From Clostridia bacterium (GTDB lineage: Bacteria; Bacillota; Clostridia; Christensenellales; Aristaeellaceae): a stretch of 64,000 bases of DNA. Below the pieces are notes generated by a model. The model was given only the letters and a program-made list of their open reading frames with translations. It had not been told where the DNA came from and did not search any database. The stretch is from the NCBI GenBank assembly GCA_017936765.1, contig JAGBEX010000033.1, forward strand, positions 13,040 to 77,039, given 5' to 3'. The first letter of the stretch is position 1. The number at the start of each line of letters is the position of its first letter. Made by a program: the position numbers and the translations under genes. This document shows positions 18,935 to 27,666 of the stretch, piece by piece.

Positions 18935-21496
18935 TTAAGGCGCCAGGCTGTTGCCGGAGGGGAGGACGTAGTCGGTGGTGCGGAGGGTCTTTTGATCCAT
19001 GTACCACTGGATGAAGTCGCGGGCGGCGGGGGAAGCGTAGCCGCCGGAATAGCCGTTGGGGATGAAGACCGCGATGGCGATCTCCGGGTTTTCGTAGGGG
19101 GCGAATGCGACGAACCACGCGTTGTTCTCAAGGTCGATACTGGTAACCTGGGCGGTACCCGTTTTAGCGGCGATCTCGTCCTGATATTTGAAGCCCTGGA
19201 AGTGCTTCTTGGCGGTACCAGTATCGTCAACCACGCCCTTCATGCCTTTGCGGATCAGGGGGAGATACTCATCGGCATATTCCAGATGGTTGATCAGCTC
19301 AGGCTCGCGCTGGGTGAGGATCTCGCCATCGGGCGAGATGATGGAATCGATGATGGACACGTTGTACACATAGCCGTTGTTGGCAATGGTGCAAACGTAG
19401 CGGGCGGCGGCGATGGGGGTGATCACCGTGACGGACTGGCCGATGCCTGTCAGAATGGTTTGTGCGCCACCCCACTTGATGTCGTTCATGTAGTTGTAGG
19501 TATCGCCGATGACGGCCTGCAAGTACACCATTTCCTTGGTCATGTTCAATTCTTCCATCAGAATGGTGCGCATATTGTCCAGCCAGGCGGATTCGGGATA
19601 GTTGACGGCCATGTCCATGAGGCGCTTGGCGCACACGGAGAGGCGCTCGTCGTCGTATTCCAGGTTGCGGGAGGCACCGCAGGCGCGCAGGTGCTTTTTG
19701 ATGGAGTTGAAAACGATGATGGGCAGGGAGGTATCCTGACTGGCTTCGTTCATGGCCTTGGTGGTATCGTACAGCGTGTTCTGGGAACCGACCACGCTGC
19801 GCACCTCGCCGGGCAGGTCGATGCCGGTGCGGGAGGTGAGGCCGAAGAGGGAAGCATAGCGGTAGAGGCGTTCCTCGCCCAGGCGGCTGCCCAGCTCGTA
19901 GAAGAAATAGTTGCAAGAGTTGGTGAGACCCTCCACAATGGTCTGGTTCACGTGCTTCTTGCCGATGCTGCTCAGGGGGATCCAGCAGCGGGGAGCGGTG
20001 GTGGTATCGTTGTTGTAGGTAGTGTAGTAGCCCATGTCGGTGATGCGCTCGTTGACCTGCAATTCGCCTTCAGCCAGAGCGCCGTAGCCGGTGACCATCT
20101 TGAAAATGGAGCCGGGGGTACCGCGGGCATGGATGCCGTAGTTCAAAAGCAGGTTGCGCTCGTCCGCCAGGATGGCAATGGCGTCCTTGCCGCCGGCCAC
20201 CAGGGCGTTGAGGTCGTAGGTGGGATAGTTGGCCATGGCCAGCACGCGATCCTGCATATCCAGAACCACCATACAGCCATGCTCGGCCAGCGCCATGGGG
20301 TATTTCTCCCAGTCGCGGTTGGCGATGTCCTCCTTGTTGGCTTCCAGCCAGGAATCGCTGACCATCAGCTTTTCCTGTTCGTTGCGGACGATGTCCACGT
20401 TATCGGCAATGGCGCGCTCGGCCACCTGCTGATAGCTGGCGATGAGGGTCAGCTTCACGTTGTTGCCGTCCTGGGGTTCGGTGTAGGAAAGCTCGCGGAC
20501 GACCTTGGAGTAGTTGTCGCGCTCCACGATGCGGTTACCCTTGCGCAGGGAGGAATTCTGGGTGAGCCAGTCCTCCATGGAGGATTCGATGCCGTCGCGG
20601 CCGATGGTATCGTTGTAGGAATAGCCCTTGGGTTCCAGTTCGGCCCACTTTTTCTGGCTGGGGATAGCGCCAGTGTAGCCGATGATCTGGCTGGCCAGGT
20701 TGGAGCGGGGGTACACACGCTTGGTACCCACGGCGATCTCCATGCCGTAGAGGGACATGGACTTGGTTTCCACCTCAATGACGGTTTCGTATTTCACGTC
20801 CTCAGCGATCACGATGGGCTGGGAGTTGAACACGTTCATCTGCATTTCGGAGAAAACGGCCATGACCTTGAGCATGGTGGCTTCGTCCACCATCACCACG
20901 TCCACATAGGCGTATTCCTTGCTGGCGTCGTAGTCCAGCAGCGCCTGGCGTTCCTCGGGGGTGGTGGCCATGCGGAATTTTTCGCGCAGGCGGTTGATGC
21001 AGTCGGCAGGGGTGGGATAGTACTTGGCGCTGACGTAGTTGTTGGAGCGCCACTGCTTTTCGCGGGTGGCCAGCACGTTCTCGCTGACACCGGAGCCGAA
21101 GTTGAACTGCCACTCGCCGGTCTCCTCGTTGCGCTCGATGACGAAATCGATGGCCAGCTCGCCGCCGTTTTTCTCAACGATTTCAAGGGTGTCGATGATG
21201 GACTTGGTAAAGTTGAGGTAATCGGCACGGCTGGTGGTGGAGGCGTCCTTGTAGAAGGTGACGTTGTAGATCAGTTCATCCTCGGCAAGGATAACGGAAT
21301 CCGCATCGGTGATGTTGCCGCGCTTGCCGCGCAGGGCGATGGTCTTGGTGCGGGTGTCCTCGGCATCAAGGACGTATTCCTCGGAATTCTGCAATTGCAG
21401 CCGCACAAGGCCGGATGCAAGATAAATAAACATCAAGAGCAGAATGATCACAAAGGCGAAATAACGCCATTTCATGCCCTGGGAAAGCTTGTTCAC
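18935..21496 (-). CDS. mrdA: Class B penicillin-binding protein (PBP2/MrdA-type), unusually long (853 aa)
   Basis: N-terminal TM helix; SIFK (SxxK), SCN (SxN) and KTGT motifs. It follows mreD. GTG start at 21496 lies 8 nt after AAGGAGG. Confidence 0.85.
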   Translation of the reverse strand: MNKLSQGMKWRYFAFVIILLLMFIYLASGLVRLQLQNSEEYVLDAEDTRTKTIALRGKRGNITDADSVILAEDELIYNVTFYKDASTTSRADYLNFTKSIIDTLEIVEKNGGELAIDFVIERNEETGEWQFNFGSGVSENVLATREKQWRSNNYVSAKYYPTPADCINRLREKFRMATTPEERQALLDYDASKEYAYVDVVMVDEATMLKVMAVFSEMQMNVFNSQPIVIAEDVKYETVIEVETKSMSLYGMEIAVGTKRVYPRSNLASQIIGYTGAIPSQKKWAELEPKGYSYNDTIGRDGIESSMEDWLTQNSSLRKGNRIVERDNYSKVVRELSYTEPQDGNNVKLTLIASYQQVAERAIADNVDIVRNEQEKLMVSDSWLEANKEDIANRDWEKYPMALAEHGCMVVLDMQDRVLAMANYPTYDLNALVAGGKDAIAILADERNLLLNYGIHARGTPGSIFKMVTGYGALAEGELQVNERITDMGYYTTYNNDTTTAPRCWIPLSSIGKKHVNQTIVEGLTNSCNYFFYELGSRLGEERLYRYASLFGLTSRTGIDLPGEVRSVVGSQNTLYDTTKAMNEASQDTSLPIIVFNSIKKHLRACGASRNLEYDDERLSVCAKRLMDMAVNYPESAWLDNMRTILMEELNMTKEMVYLQAVIGDTYNYMNDIKWGGAQTILTGIGQSVTVITPIAAARYVCTIANNGYVYNVSIIDSIISPDGEILTQREPELINHLEYADEYLPLIRKGMKGVVDDTGTAKKHFQGFKYQDEIAAKTGTAQVTSIDLENNAWFVAFAPYENPEIAIAVFIPNGYSGGYASPAARDFIQWYMDQKTLRTTDYVLPSGNSLAP

Positions 21497-21557
21497 GGGT
21501 GGTACCTCCTTTCCGGCAGCTTACATAAGCGCAGGCTGCCAAGGCGTGGGGAAGGGG

Positions 21558-22166
21558 TCAAATGCGTTTGGGCTGGAAGTGCTGGGATCTGCTGTGGGGT
21601 TCCCGCTTGAGCTTTTTGAAGCCCAGGAAGCGGCGCACGGGGATCATGATCAGGGTGGTGAGGACGGTGGTCCACAACACATTCAGCAGGCCGCGGCCAA
21701 TGATGGCGGCGGAGAGCGAGGAACCGCCCAGGTACATATACAGGATGTTCACGATCTCGTAGATCAGGGTGTTGGCAGCAGCACAGCCCATGGTGCGCAG
21801 GTAGGAGTTCACGTTCCGCCCGGCCTTGCCGATGGAGCGCTCGTACTCCAGGCGCTTCTCAGTCTTGTCGGCGAAGAACATACTCAGGAAGCCTGCGCTG
21901 AGGGGGTAGAGCAGCAGGTTCAGCATACGGATGGTGGGACACATGGTCTCCATCAGGATGCCGTAGATGCAGCCCACCCACAGCGCCCGCAGCTTGCCAT
22001 AGCCAATGGTGATGATGGCAATGAGGGCGAAGAGCATACTGGGCGTGACATCGCCAATGGCGAAATAGGGCATCACGCACACCTGCACCAGATAGCCCAG
22101 CAGCACCACAAAGAAGAACTTGATCTGCGAGGCGCTGGCCTGCCACAGGGATTTCAAGAAGCGCAC
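21558..22166 (-). CDS. mreD: Rod shape-determining protein MreD
   Basis: Small polytopic membrane protein immediately after mreC. At 202 aa it is longer than typical MreD. Confidence 0.7.
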   Translation of the reverse strand: MRFLKSLWQASASQIKFFFVVLLGYLVQVCVMPYFAIGDVTPSMLFALIAIITIGYGKLRALWVGCIYGILMETMCPTIRMLNLLLYPLSAGFLSMFFADKTEKRLEYERSIGKAGRNVNSYLRTMGCAAANTLIYEIVNILYMYLGGSSLSAAIIGRGLLNVLWTTVLTTLIMIPVRRFLGFKKLKREPHSRSQHFQPKRI

Positions 22167-22170
22167 AGGC

Positions 22171-23652
22171 TTAGTCCTCCTCGTAGGTCATGTCTTGCGG
22201 ATTGAGGGTGATGTAGGGCGTGGGGGTAGGCGTAGGCGTGGGAGAGGGCGTGGGGGTCGGCTCGTCGCTGAAGACCTGATACTCATACACCGGCCCGGCG
22301 ATGGTGGGCAGGGGAGTGGCGGTGGGTTCAGGCGTGGGCGAAGGCGTGGGGGTGGGGGAAGGCGTGGGGGTCACGTTGGGATCCGGGGTGGCAGTCACGC
22401 CCCACACATTGGTGTTGCCGATGCGCAGCGTGGGCATGGGACGGGCAGACACCACGGGAACGAACTCGGTGTAGGCAGAGGCTTCGCGGCCCTGCACGGC
22501 CTCGGCTGCGGGCTTGTAGCGCAGCACGATGACGTATTCGATATGCTCAAAGTCGGCAGAGGGTTCTACCACGATGTACTGCTTGTTGGCGTCCATGCCG
22601 CGGGTGGATTCGCGCACCGTGCCGATCGGGATGCCCTTGGGGAAGGACATGCCCACGCCGGAGGTGACCACGATGTCGCCAGGACGGGGCAGATGATCGT
22701 CGGGCAGGTAGTACATGCGGCACATGGGCTGGCCATCGATGCCCAGGGTGCCGCGGACGGTACCCTGATCGCGGCTGGACTGGATGAGTCCGGCGATGGA
22801 GGCCTCGCTGTCGATGATGGTGCGCACCTGGGACTTGGTTTCGGTCACGTTCTCGGTATAGCCCACCAGCGCGCCGGAAATGGTGACGGCCATGTATTCC
22901 TCGATGCCGTCGCGGCTGCCCCGGTTGATGGTGAAGGTGGAGAAGTAGTTGCCGTCGCCCTTGCCGATCACGGTGCAGGCGATGGGGTTCATGTTCTCGT
23001 TCACGGACATCTCGTCGTGCATATTTTCAAACTGGGAAAGCTGCTTGACGTATTCATCCGCCAGCATGGCCTGATAGACCAGCTGCTCGTTTTCGGCACG
23101 GAGCTTGTTGTATTCCGCCTCCAGGTTGGCGCGGAGCTTCAGCGTGCGCATATATCCGGCAAAGCTCTCCGTAACGGAGGAAAAAACGCTCTGCACAGGG
23201 GTGATGATCTTGGCCAGGAAGCCCTCGGGGGCATTGAGTGCGTCGGGTGCGCCGGGCATGACCCGCGCCAGCAGCATAACGCCCAGGAAGCCGATGATCA
23301 CAATGGAGACCACCGTCATCAGCACCTTGCGCAGTCCGCCGGGCAGCTCCTTGCGCTGGCGCTTTTCCTCCGGCTGGATGCGGGATGAGGTGCGGTGCTT
23401 TTTCTTCATGCGGCCAACAAAGGTGGCGTTTTCCTGCTCTTCCTCCAGGGCGTCGCGCTCGATCTGCAATTTGCGCAGCGCGCTTTCGGGGGTATCGGAG
23501 GCTTCGCTGTCCTCGATGGCGGGGGCAGGCTCCTCTGTCTTTTGTCCGGGCAGATCACGGGTGATGCTGTCCAGGTCGTCGAACTTGAAATCGTCATAAG
23601 TGGGCAGGATGGCCTGTTCAGGCTCCTGCGTGTGGCGGTCTTTGCGTGCCAT
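22171..23652 (-). CDS. mreC: Rod shape-determining protein MreC with ~100-aa charged N-terminal extension and PT-rich C-terminus
   Basis: TM helix VLMTVVSIVIIGFLGVMLLA, coiled coil LRANLEAEYNKLRAENEQL and an MreC beta-domain (GDIVVTSGVGMSFPKGIPIGTV). C-terminal PTPSPTPTPSPTPEP... repeats. Confidence 0.85.
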   Translation of the reverse strand: MARKDRHTQEPEQAILPTYDDFKFDDLDSITRDLPGQKTEEPAPAIEDSEASDTPESALRKLQIERDALEEEQENATFVGRMKKKHRTSSRIQPEEKRQRKELPGGLRKVLMTVVSIVIIGFLGVMLLARVMPGAPDALNAPEGFLAKIITPVQSVFSSVTESFAGYMRTLKLRANLEAEYNKLRAENEQLVYQAMLADEYVKQLSQFENMHDEMSVNENMNPIACTVIGKGDGNYFSTFTINRGSRDGIEEYMAVTISGALVGYTENVTETKSQVRTIIDSEASIAGLIQSSRDQGTVRGTLGIDGQPMCRMYYLPDDHLPRPGDIVVTSGVGMSFPKGIPIGTVRESTRGMDANKQYIVVEPSADFEHIEYVIVLRYKPAAEAVQGREASAYTEFVPVVSARPMPTLRIGNTNVWGVTATPDPNVTPTPSPTPTPSPTPEPTATPLPTIAGPVYEYQVFSDEPTPTPSPTPTPTPTPYITLNPQDMTYEED

Positions 23653-23683
23653 AAGGGGTTATCACCTCGCCTTACATAAGCGG

Positions 23684-24706
23684 TTAATCGTTAAAGCCCT
23701 GCTTGCCCATGCTGGTGAGCAGCTGCATATTTTCCACCAGGTAGCCAAGACCCATCACGGTGCAGTCCTCCGGCTCCTTGGCAATGAGGACGGGGATGCC
23801 CAGCTCGGTGGCGATGAACTGATCCATGGCAAAGAGCTGCGCGCCGCCGCCGGTGAGGTGGACGCCGCTGCGCATGATGTCTGCCGCCAGCTCCGGGGGA
23901 GTGCGCTCCAGCACCCACTTGATGGCGGCCAGAATGGCACGGCAGGGTTCCTTGATGGCCTCGTGGGCCTGAGCGGAGGTGAACTCGATATCCATGGCCT
24001 GGGGGGAGAGCAGATCCCTGCCGCGGATGCGCACCTGGCGGCCTTCGCTCAGGGGCATGGCGGCGGCCAGGTCCAGCTTCACGTCCTCGGCGGTACGGTC
24101 GCCGATGAGCATATTGAACTCGCGCTTGATGTAGTTGATGATGGCTTCATCCATCTTTACGCCGCCCACCTGGATGGACTGGGCGACCACCAATCCGCCC
24201 AGGGAGACCACGGCCACATCCGTGGTGCCGCCGCCGATATCCACCACCATGTTGCCCACGGGTTCATATACCGGCAGGCCGGAGCCGATGGCTGCGGCAA
24301 AGGGCTTTTCTACCAGGTAGACCGTTTTGGCACCGGCCACCTGGGCAGCCTCGGTAACGGCCTTGCGGGACACGGCGGGCAGACCCACGGGGATGGAGAC
24401 CACCACCTTGGGCTTGATGACGTGGCTCACGCCGATGGCCTTGCGGATAAAGTAGCGGATGAGCATTTCGGTCATGTCGAAATCCGAAATGGAGCCGCCC
24501 TTCAGGGGACGGACAACGGTGAGGGCGTCGCTGGTGCGGCCAAGGAGGAACTTGGCCTCGTCACCCACGGCGCGGACGTTGCGCTTGTTGTTGGAGTCCA
24601 CCACCACCATGGTGGGTTCGCTGATCACGATGCCGCGGCCGCGGACATAGACAACTGTATTGGAAGTGCCAAGATCGATACCGATATCAGGCGCAAAGAA
24701 AGCCAT
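23684..24706 (-). CDS. mreB: Rod shape-determining actin homologue MreB
   Basis: DIGIDLGTSNT and VVDIGGGTTDVAV motifs. ATG at 24706 (Met10 of the listed ORF) follows SD GGAG. Confidence 0.95.
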   Translation of the reverse strand: MAFFAPDIGIDLGTSNTVVYVRGRGIVISEPTMVVVDSNNKRNVRAVGDEAKFLLGRTSDALTVVRPLKGGSISDFDMTEMLIRYFIRKAIGVSHVIKPKVVVSIPVGLPAVSRKAVTEAAQVAGAKTVYLVEKPFAAAIGSGLPVYEPVGNMVVDIGGGTTDVAVVSLGGLVVAQSIQVGGVKMDEAIINYIKREFNMLIGDRTAEDVKLDLAAAMPLSEGRQVRIRGRDLLSPQAMDIEFTSAQAHEAIKEPCRAILAAIKWVLERTPPELAADIMRSGVHLTGGGAQLFAMDQFIATELGIPVLIAKEPEDCTVMGLGYLVENMQLLTSMGKQGFND

Positions 24707-24748
24707 GAATTCACTCCGTTCGTTTATGGTCAACGCTGCGAGCAGCGG

Positions 24749-25330
24749 TCAGATGTTCAGGGGATGCAGGCCGCAGTTTTCCAGCAGCTTGCGGGTAAGG
24801 GTCAGGGGCAGGCCGATCACATTGGTGTGGGAGCCGCGGATCTCCTCGATCCACAGCCCGGCGATGCCCTGCAGGGCATAAGCGCCTGCCTTGTCCATGG
24901 GTTCGGAGGTGGCGATGTAGGCGCGGATGGCCTCGTCGGACATAGGGCCAAAGCGGACATCGGTGGCGTCCACCTCGGCATAGACATCGCCCGTAGCGCT
25001 GATGACGCACACGCCGGTGTACACCTGGTGCCAGCGGCCGGACAGGCTGCGCAGCATCCGGAAGGCGTCGGCTTCGTCGGCGGGCTTGCCCAGGGGGATA
25101 TCATCCACGGCCACCAGGGTGTCGCTGGCCAGGATCACTTTTCCGGGGTGGCGGGCGGCGGCAGCCAGCGCCTTGCGGCGGCTCAATTCCAGCACGGCAT
25201 CCCGGGCGCCAAGGGTGCAAGTCTCGTCAACTTCGGGGGCGTCCACCTCAAAGGGAATGCCCGTCAGGCTTAATAGTTCACGGCGGCGCGGGGATTGCGA
25301 CGCCAGGATCAGTCGGGTTTCTTCCATCAT
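24749..25330 (-). CDS. maf: Maf-like nucleoside triphosphate pyrophosphatase / septum formation protein
   Basis: LILASQSPRRRELL motif at the conserved position upstream of mreB. SD GGAGG lies 7 nt before ATG 25330. Confidence 0.9.
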   Translation of the reverse strand: MMEETRLILASQSPRRRELLSLTGIPFEVDAPEVDETCTLGARDAVLELSRRKALAAAARHPGKVILASDTLVAVDDIPLGKPADEADAFRMLRSLSGRWHQVYTGVCVISATGDVYAEVDATDVRFGPMSDEAIRAYIATSEPMDKAGAYALQGIAGLWIEEIRGSHTNVIGLPLTLTRKLLENCGLHPLNI

Positions 25331-25515
25331 AGGTCTGCCTCCGAATCTACAGGACAATCCATCTTGTATTATACCACATGATGCCCTTAAATGGAAACAT
25401 TTCTGTAAAAATTCATGAATTCATCATGTAAACGAAAGAAAGGGCGAAAAACCTCCCAGCTTTTGCAAATTTGGGGAAGAGAACGGAGCGAAAATGTTCA
25501 TCAAAGAAGAAGCAT

Positions 25516-25544
25516 TTGCCTTTTGGGGGAGAATGCGCTATAAT
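25516..25544 (+). promoter_or_regulatory. Promoter TTGCCT-17-TATAAT for the tat operon
   Basis: TTGCCT at 25516-25521 and TATAAT at 25539-25544. Confidence 0.45.
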
Positions 25545-25579
25545 ACATTCACATGGCAGCAGAAAGGCAGGTGACGGGA

Positions 25580-25891
25580 ATGTTCAACATTGGCTTTGCA
25601 GAACTGATCGTGGTGCTGCTGGTGGCGTTCCTGGTCGTCGGCCCCAAGGATCTGCCCAAGGTGGCCAGGTGGATCGCCCGGCAGATCAAGTCCATCCGCA
25701 AGCTGGTGAACGAAGTCAAAAAGGAAACCGGCTGGGATGAATTTGCTGCTGAATTCAAGGATACCAAATCCGACCTGGAAAAGACCTTCAAGGAGGCGGA
25801 CGTGACCGCCGAACTGAAGGATGCGCAGCGCACCGTGCAGGAGACCCTGAGCGATGTGAAGCGCGACATCGAAGAACAAGAGAAAGCCTGA
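25580..25891 (+). CDS. tatB: TatB-like Tat translocase component (TatA/B/E family, 103 aa)
   Basis: MFNIGFAELIVVLLVAFLVVGPKDLPKVARWIARQIKSIRK matches the TatB-style FxIGxxELxxxxxxxLxVxGPxxLP motif. A long charged helical tail follows. Confidence 0.65.
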   Translation: MFNIGFAELIVVLLVAFLVVGPKDLPKVARWIARQIKSIRKLVNEVKKETGWDEFAAEFKDTKSDLEKTFKEADVTAELKDAQRTVQETLSDVKRDIEEQEKA

Positions 25892-25905
25892 GGAGGTATA
25901 TTCTT

Positions 25906-26088
25906 ATGCGTTTGGGTATTTGGGAGATCGTTTTGATTCTGGTGCTGGCGCTGGTGCTGTTTGGCGGCGGCAAGCTGGCTGGCGTGGGCAAGGCCCTGGG
26001 CAAGAGCATCAAGGACTTCAAGAACGAAATGAAGAACGACGAGGACGGCGAAAAGGCCGAGAAGAAGGACGATGGCAAGGCAGAATAA
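25906..26088 (+). CDS. tatA: Tat translocase component TatA
   Basis: GIWEIVLILVLALVLFGGGKLAGVGKALGKSIKDFK; 60 aa; SD AGGAGG. Confidence 0.85.
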   Translation: MRLGIWEIVLILVLALVLFGGGKLAGVGKALGKSIKDFKNEMKNDEDGEKAEKKDDGKAE

Positions 26089-26824
26089 TCAGGCTGCGCC
26101 GGAAATGGTGGCTGAAAAGCAATCCATCATGACGCATCTGGCAGCGCTGCGCAATGTGCTGGTGATCTGCGCGGCGGCCATTGGCATTGCCTTTGTGCTG
26201 GTGTTCTACCTGGGCATCGACTGGCTGATGGGTGCCATCCTTGCACCCATTGAGGCCAGGGGCATTGAGATCATCTACACCGCCATGTCCGAGGCGCTGA
26301 TGACCAAGATGAAGGTAGCGCTGGTGGCGGCCATTGTGGTGGCCAGCCCGGTGATCGTGTGGCAGATCTGGAGATTCATCAAGCCGGCGCTGTATCCCCA
26401 CGAGAAAAAGCTGTTCCGGGTGCTGTTTTTCATTGTGCTGCTGCTGTTTTTGCTGGGCGTGGCGTTCTGCTATGGCGTGGTGTATATGCTGGCGGTGGAT
26501 TTCTTCCTCATCGCCGGTGAAAACCTGGCCGTACCCATGCTCAGCGTGGACAAGTACATTGGCTTCCTGTTCGGCTTTGTGGTTCCCTTCGGCATCGCCT
26601 TCGAGCTGCCGGTGGTGCTGTACATGACCACCCGCATGGGCTGGACGAACCACCAAATTCTGGCCAGCAAGCGCAAGTTCATCATCCTGGCGGTGGCGGT
26701 GGTCGCGGCTATCCTGACCCCGCCAGACGTGGTATCCCAGCTGCTGCTGGCCATCCCCATGCTGCTGCTGTTCGAGATCGGCGTGCTGGTGGCGCGGTTT
26801 GTGAAGCCCAGGGAAAGAGAATAA
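26072..26824 (+). CDS. tatC: Tat translocase component TatC
   Basis: THLAALRNVL..., polytopic with about six TM segments, typical TatC length. It overlaps the tatA end. Confidence 0.9.
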   Translation: MARQNNQAAPEMVAEKQSIMTHLAALRNVLVICAAAIGIAFVLVFYLGIDWLMGAILAPIEARGIEIIYTAMSEALMTKMKVALVAAIVVASPVIVWQIWRFIKPALYPHEKKLFRVLFFIVLLLFLLGVAFCYGVVYMLAVDFFLIAGENLAVPMLSVDKYIGFLFGFVVPFGIAFELPVVLYMTTRMGWTNHQILASKRKFIILAVAVVAAILTPPDVVSQLLLAIPMLLLFEIGVLVARFVKPRERE

Positions 26825-26832
26825 CATTTCAG

Positions 26833-26860
26833 GGCGCATCTAATATAAGATGCGTCTTTT
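26833..26860 (+). terminator. Rho-independent terminator after tatC
   Basis: ggcgcatct-aatata-agatgcgtc followed by tttt. Confidence 0.6.
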
Positions 26861-26937
26861 CTTGTGCAGTAGGCAGGGATTGGGCAAGGGATGGCGAATA
26901 CATCATGTAAACGGTTACAAATGCGAGGGAGAAGCCT

Positions 26938-27666
26938 ATGGGAAATGAGATGAGGTATGGCCGGACGCGGCAGGATGCCTGCGGTCTGGCGGGGTATATG
27001 GCGCTGTATGAGGCCACGAAGGACGAGGGTCATCAGCGCATGGTGGAGAAATTGCTGACCAATGCGGTGACCGGGGAGGAGATGCATCCTGCCTGGGCGC
27101 GGCTTTTGTTTGCCGATGTGGATAGCGGGCAGGAGACCATCAAACTGGTGGCGCAGCGGGAACTGCCTGCCCCTGTGCGACTGGAGGATGCCTTCGACAC
27201 GCTGCCCTTCCGCATGGCTTACGAAATGAAATTGAACCGCATGGCCTGGGTGAGCCGGGTGGCGGAGGACTTCCGCGGCCTGCACCAGCGGCTGTTTGAT
27301 GAGAAATCCGGTCTGCATGGCGCTGCCGAGGGCGAAGGCTTCTGTGCGGAAAGCACGGGCTGGTTCCTGATGGCGCTGGTGGACTGCATCGACATCTGCG
27401 ACCAGCAGCTCTATGAGCATTGGCGCTGCCTGGTGGATATCTTCCGTGTGACGCTGCGGGGCATTCTGCGCAGCGGCAGGGTGGAGGGCGCAGAGCTGCA
27501 GCTGGCGTACTGCATCCTGAAGGCGGTGCGCATGGGGCTGATCGACAGCGAGCGCTATCTGGCCCAGGGACTGGAGCTGGCGAAGGCTGAATATCACAGC
27601 CAGGACGTGGGCATTCCGTATATGCTGGCTGCTGAAAAGGCGCTGATGGGGAGGTGCGAGGCATGA
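26938..27666 (+). CDS. GH105/GH88-like (unsaturated glucuronyl/rhamnogalacturonyl hydrolase family) protein, short (242 aa); possibly truncated
   Basis: LAGYMALYEATKDEGH..., DTLPFRMAYEMK and GWFLMALVDCIDIC resemble conserved GH105 blocks (recalled from YteR-type proteins). Its stop overlaps the GH28 start (ATGA). Confidence 0.4.
   Translation: MGNEMRYGRTRQDACGLAGYMALYEATKDEGHQRMVEKLLTNAVTGEEMHPAWARLLFADVDSGQETIKLVAQRELPAPVRLEDAFDTLPFRMAYEMKLNRMAWVSRVAEDFRGLHQRLFDEKSGLHGAAEGEGFCAESTGWFLMALVDCIDICDQQLYEHWRCLVDIFRVTLRGILRSGRVEGAELQLAYCILKAVRMGLIDSERYLAQGLELAKAEYHSQDVGIPYMLAAEKALMGRCEA

Noticed and set aside
18992-21610. 872-aa plus-strand ORF
   Set aside because: It is antisense to the PBP2 gene, which has SxxK/SxN/KTG motifs. 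It shows the same antisense composition artefact.
22200-22400. DNA-level degenerate tandem repeats (ggcgtggg-like)
   Set aside because: They are explained by the PT(S)-rich C-terminal tract of MreC and are not an independent repeat element.
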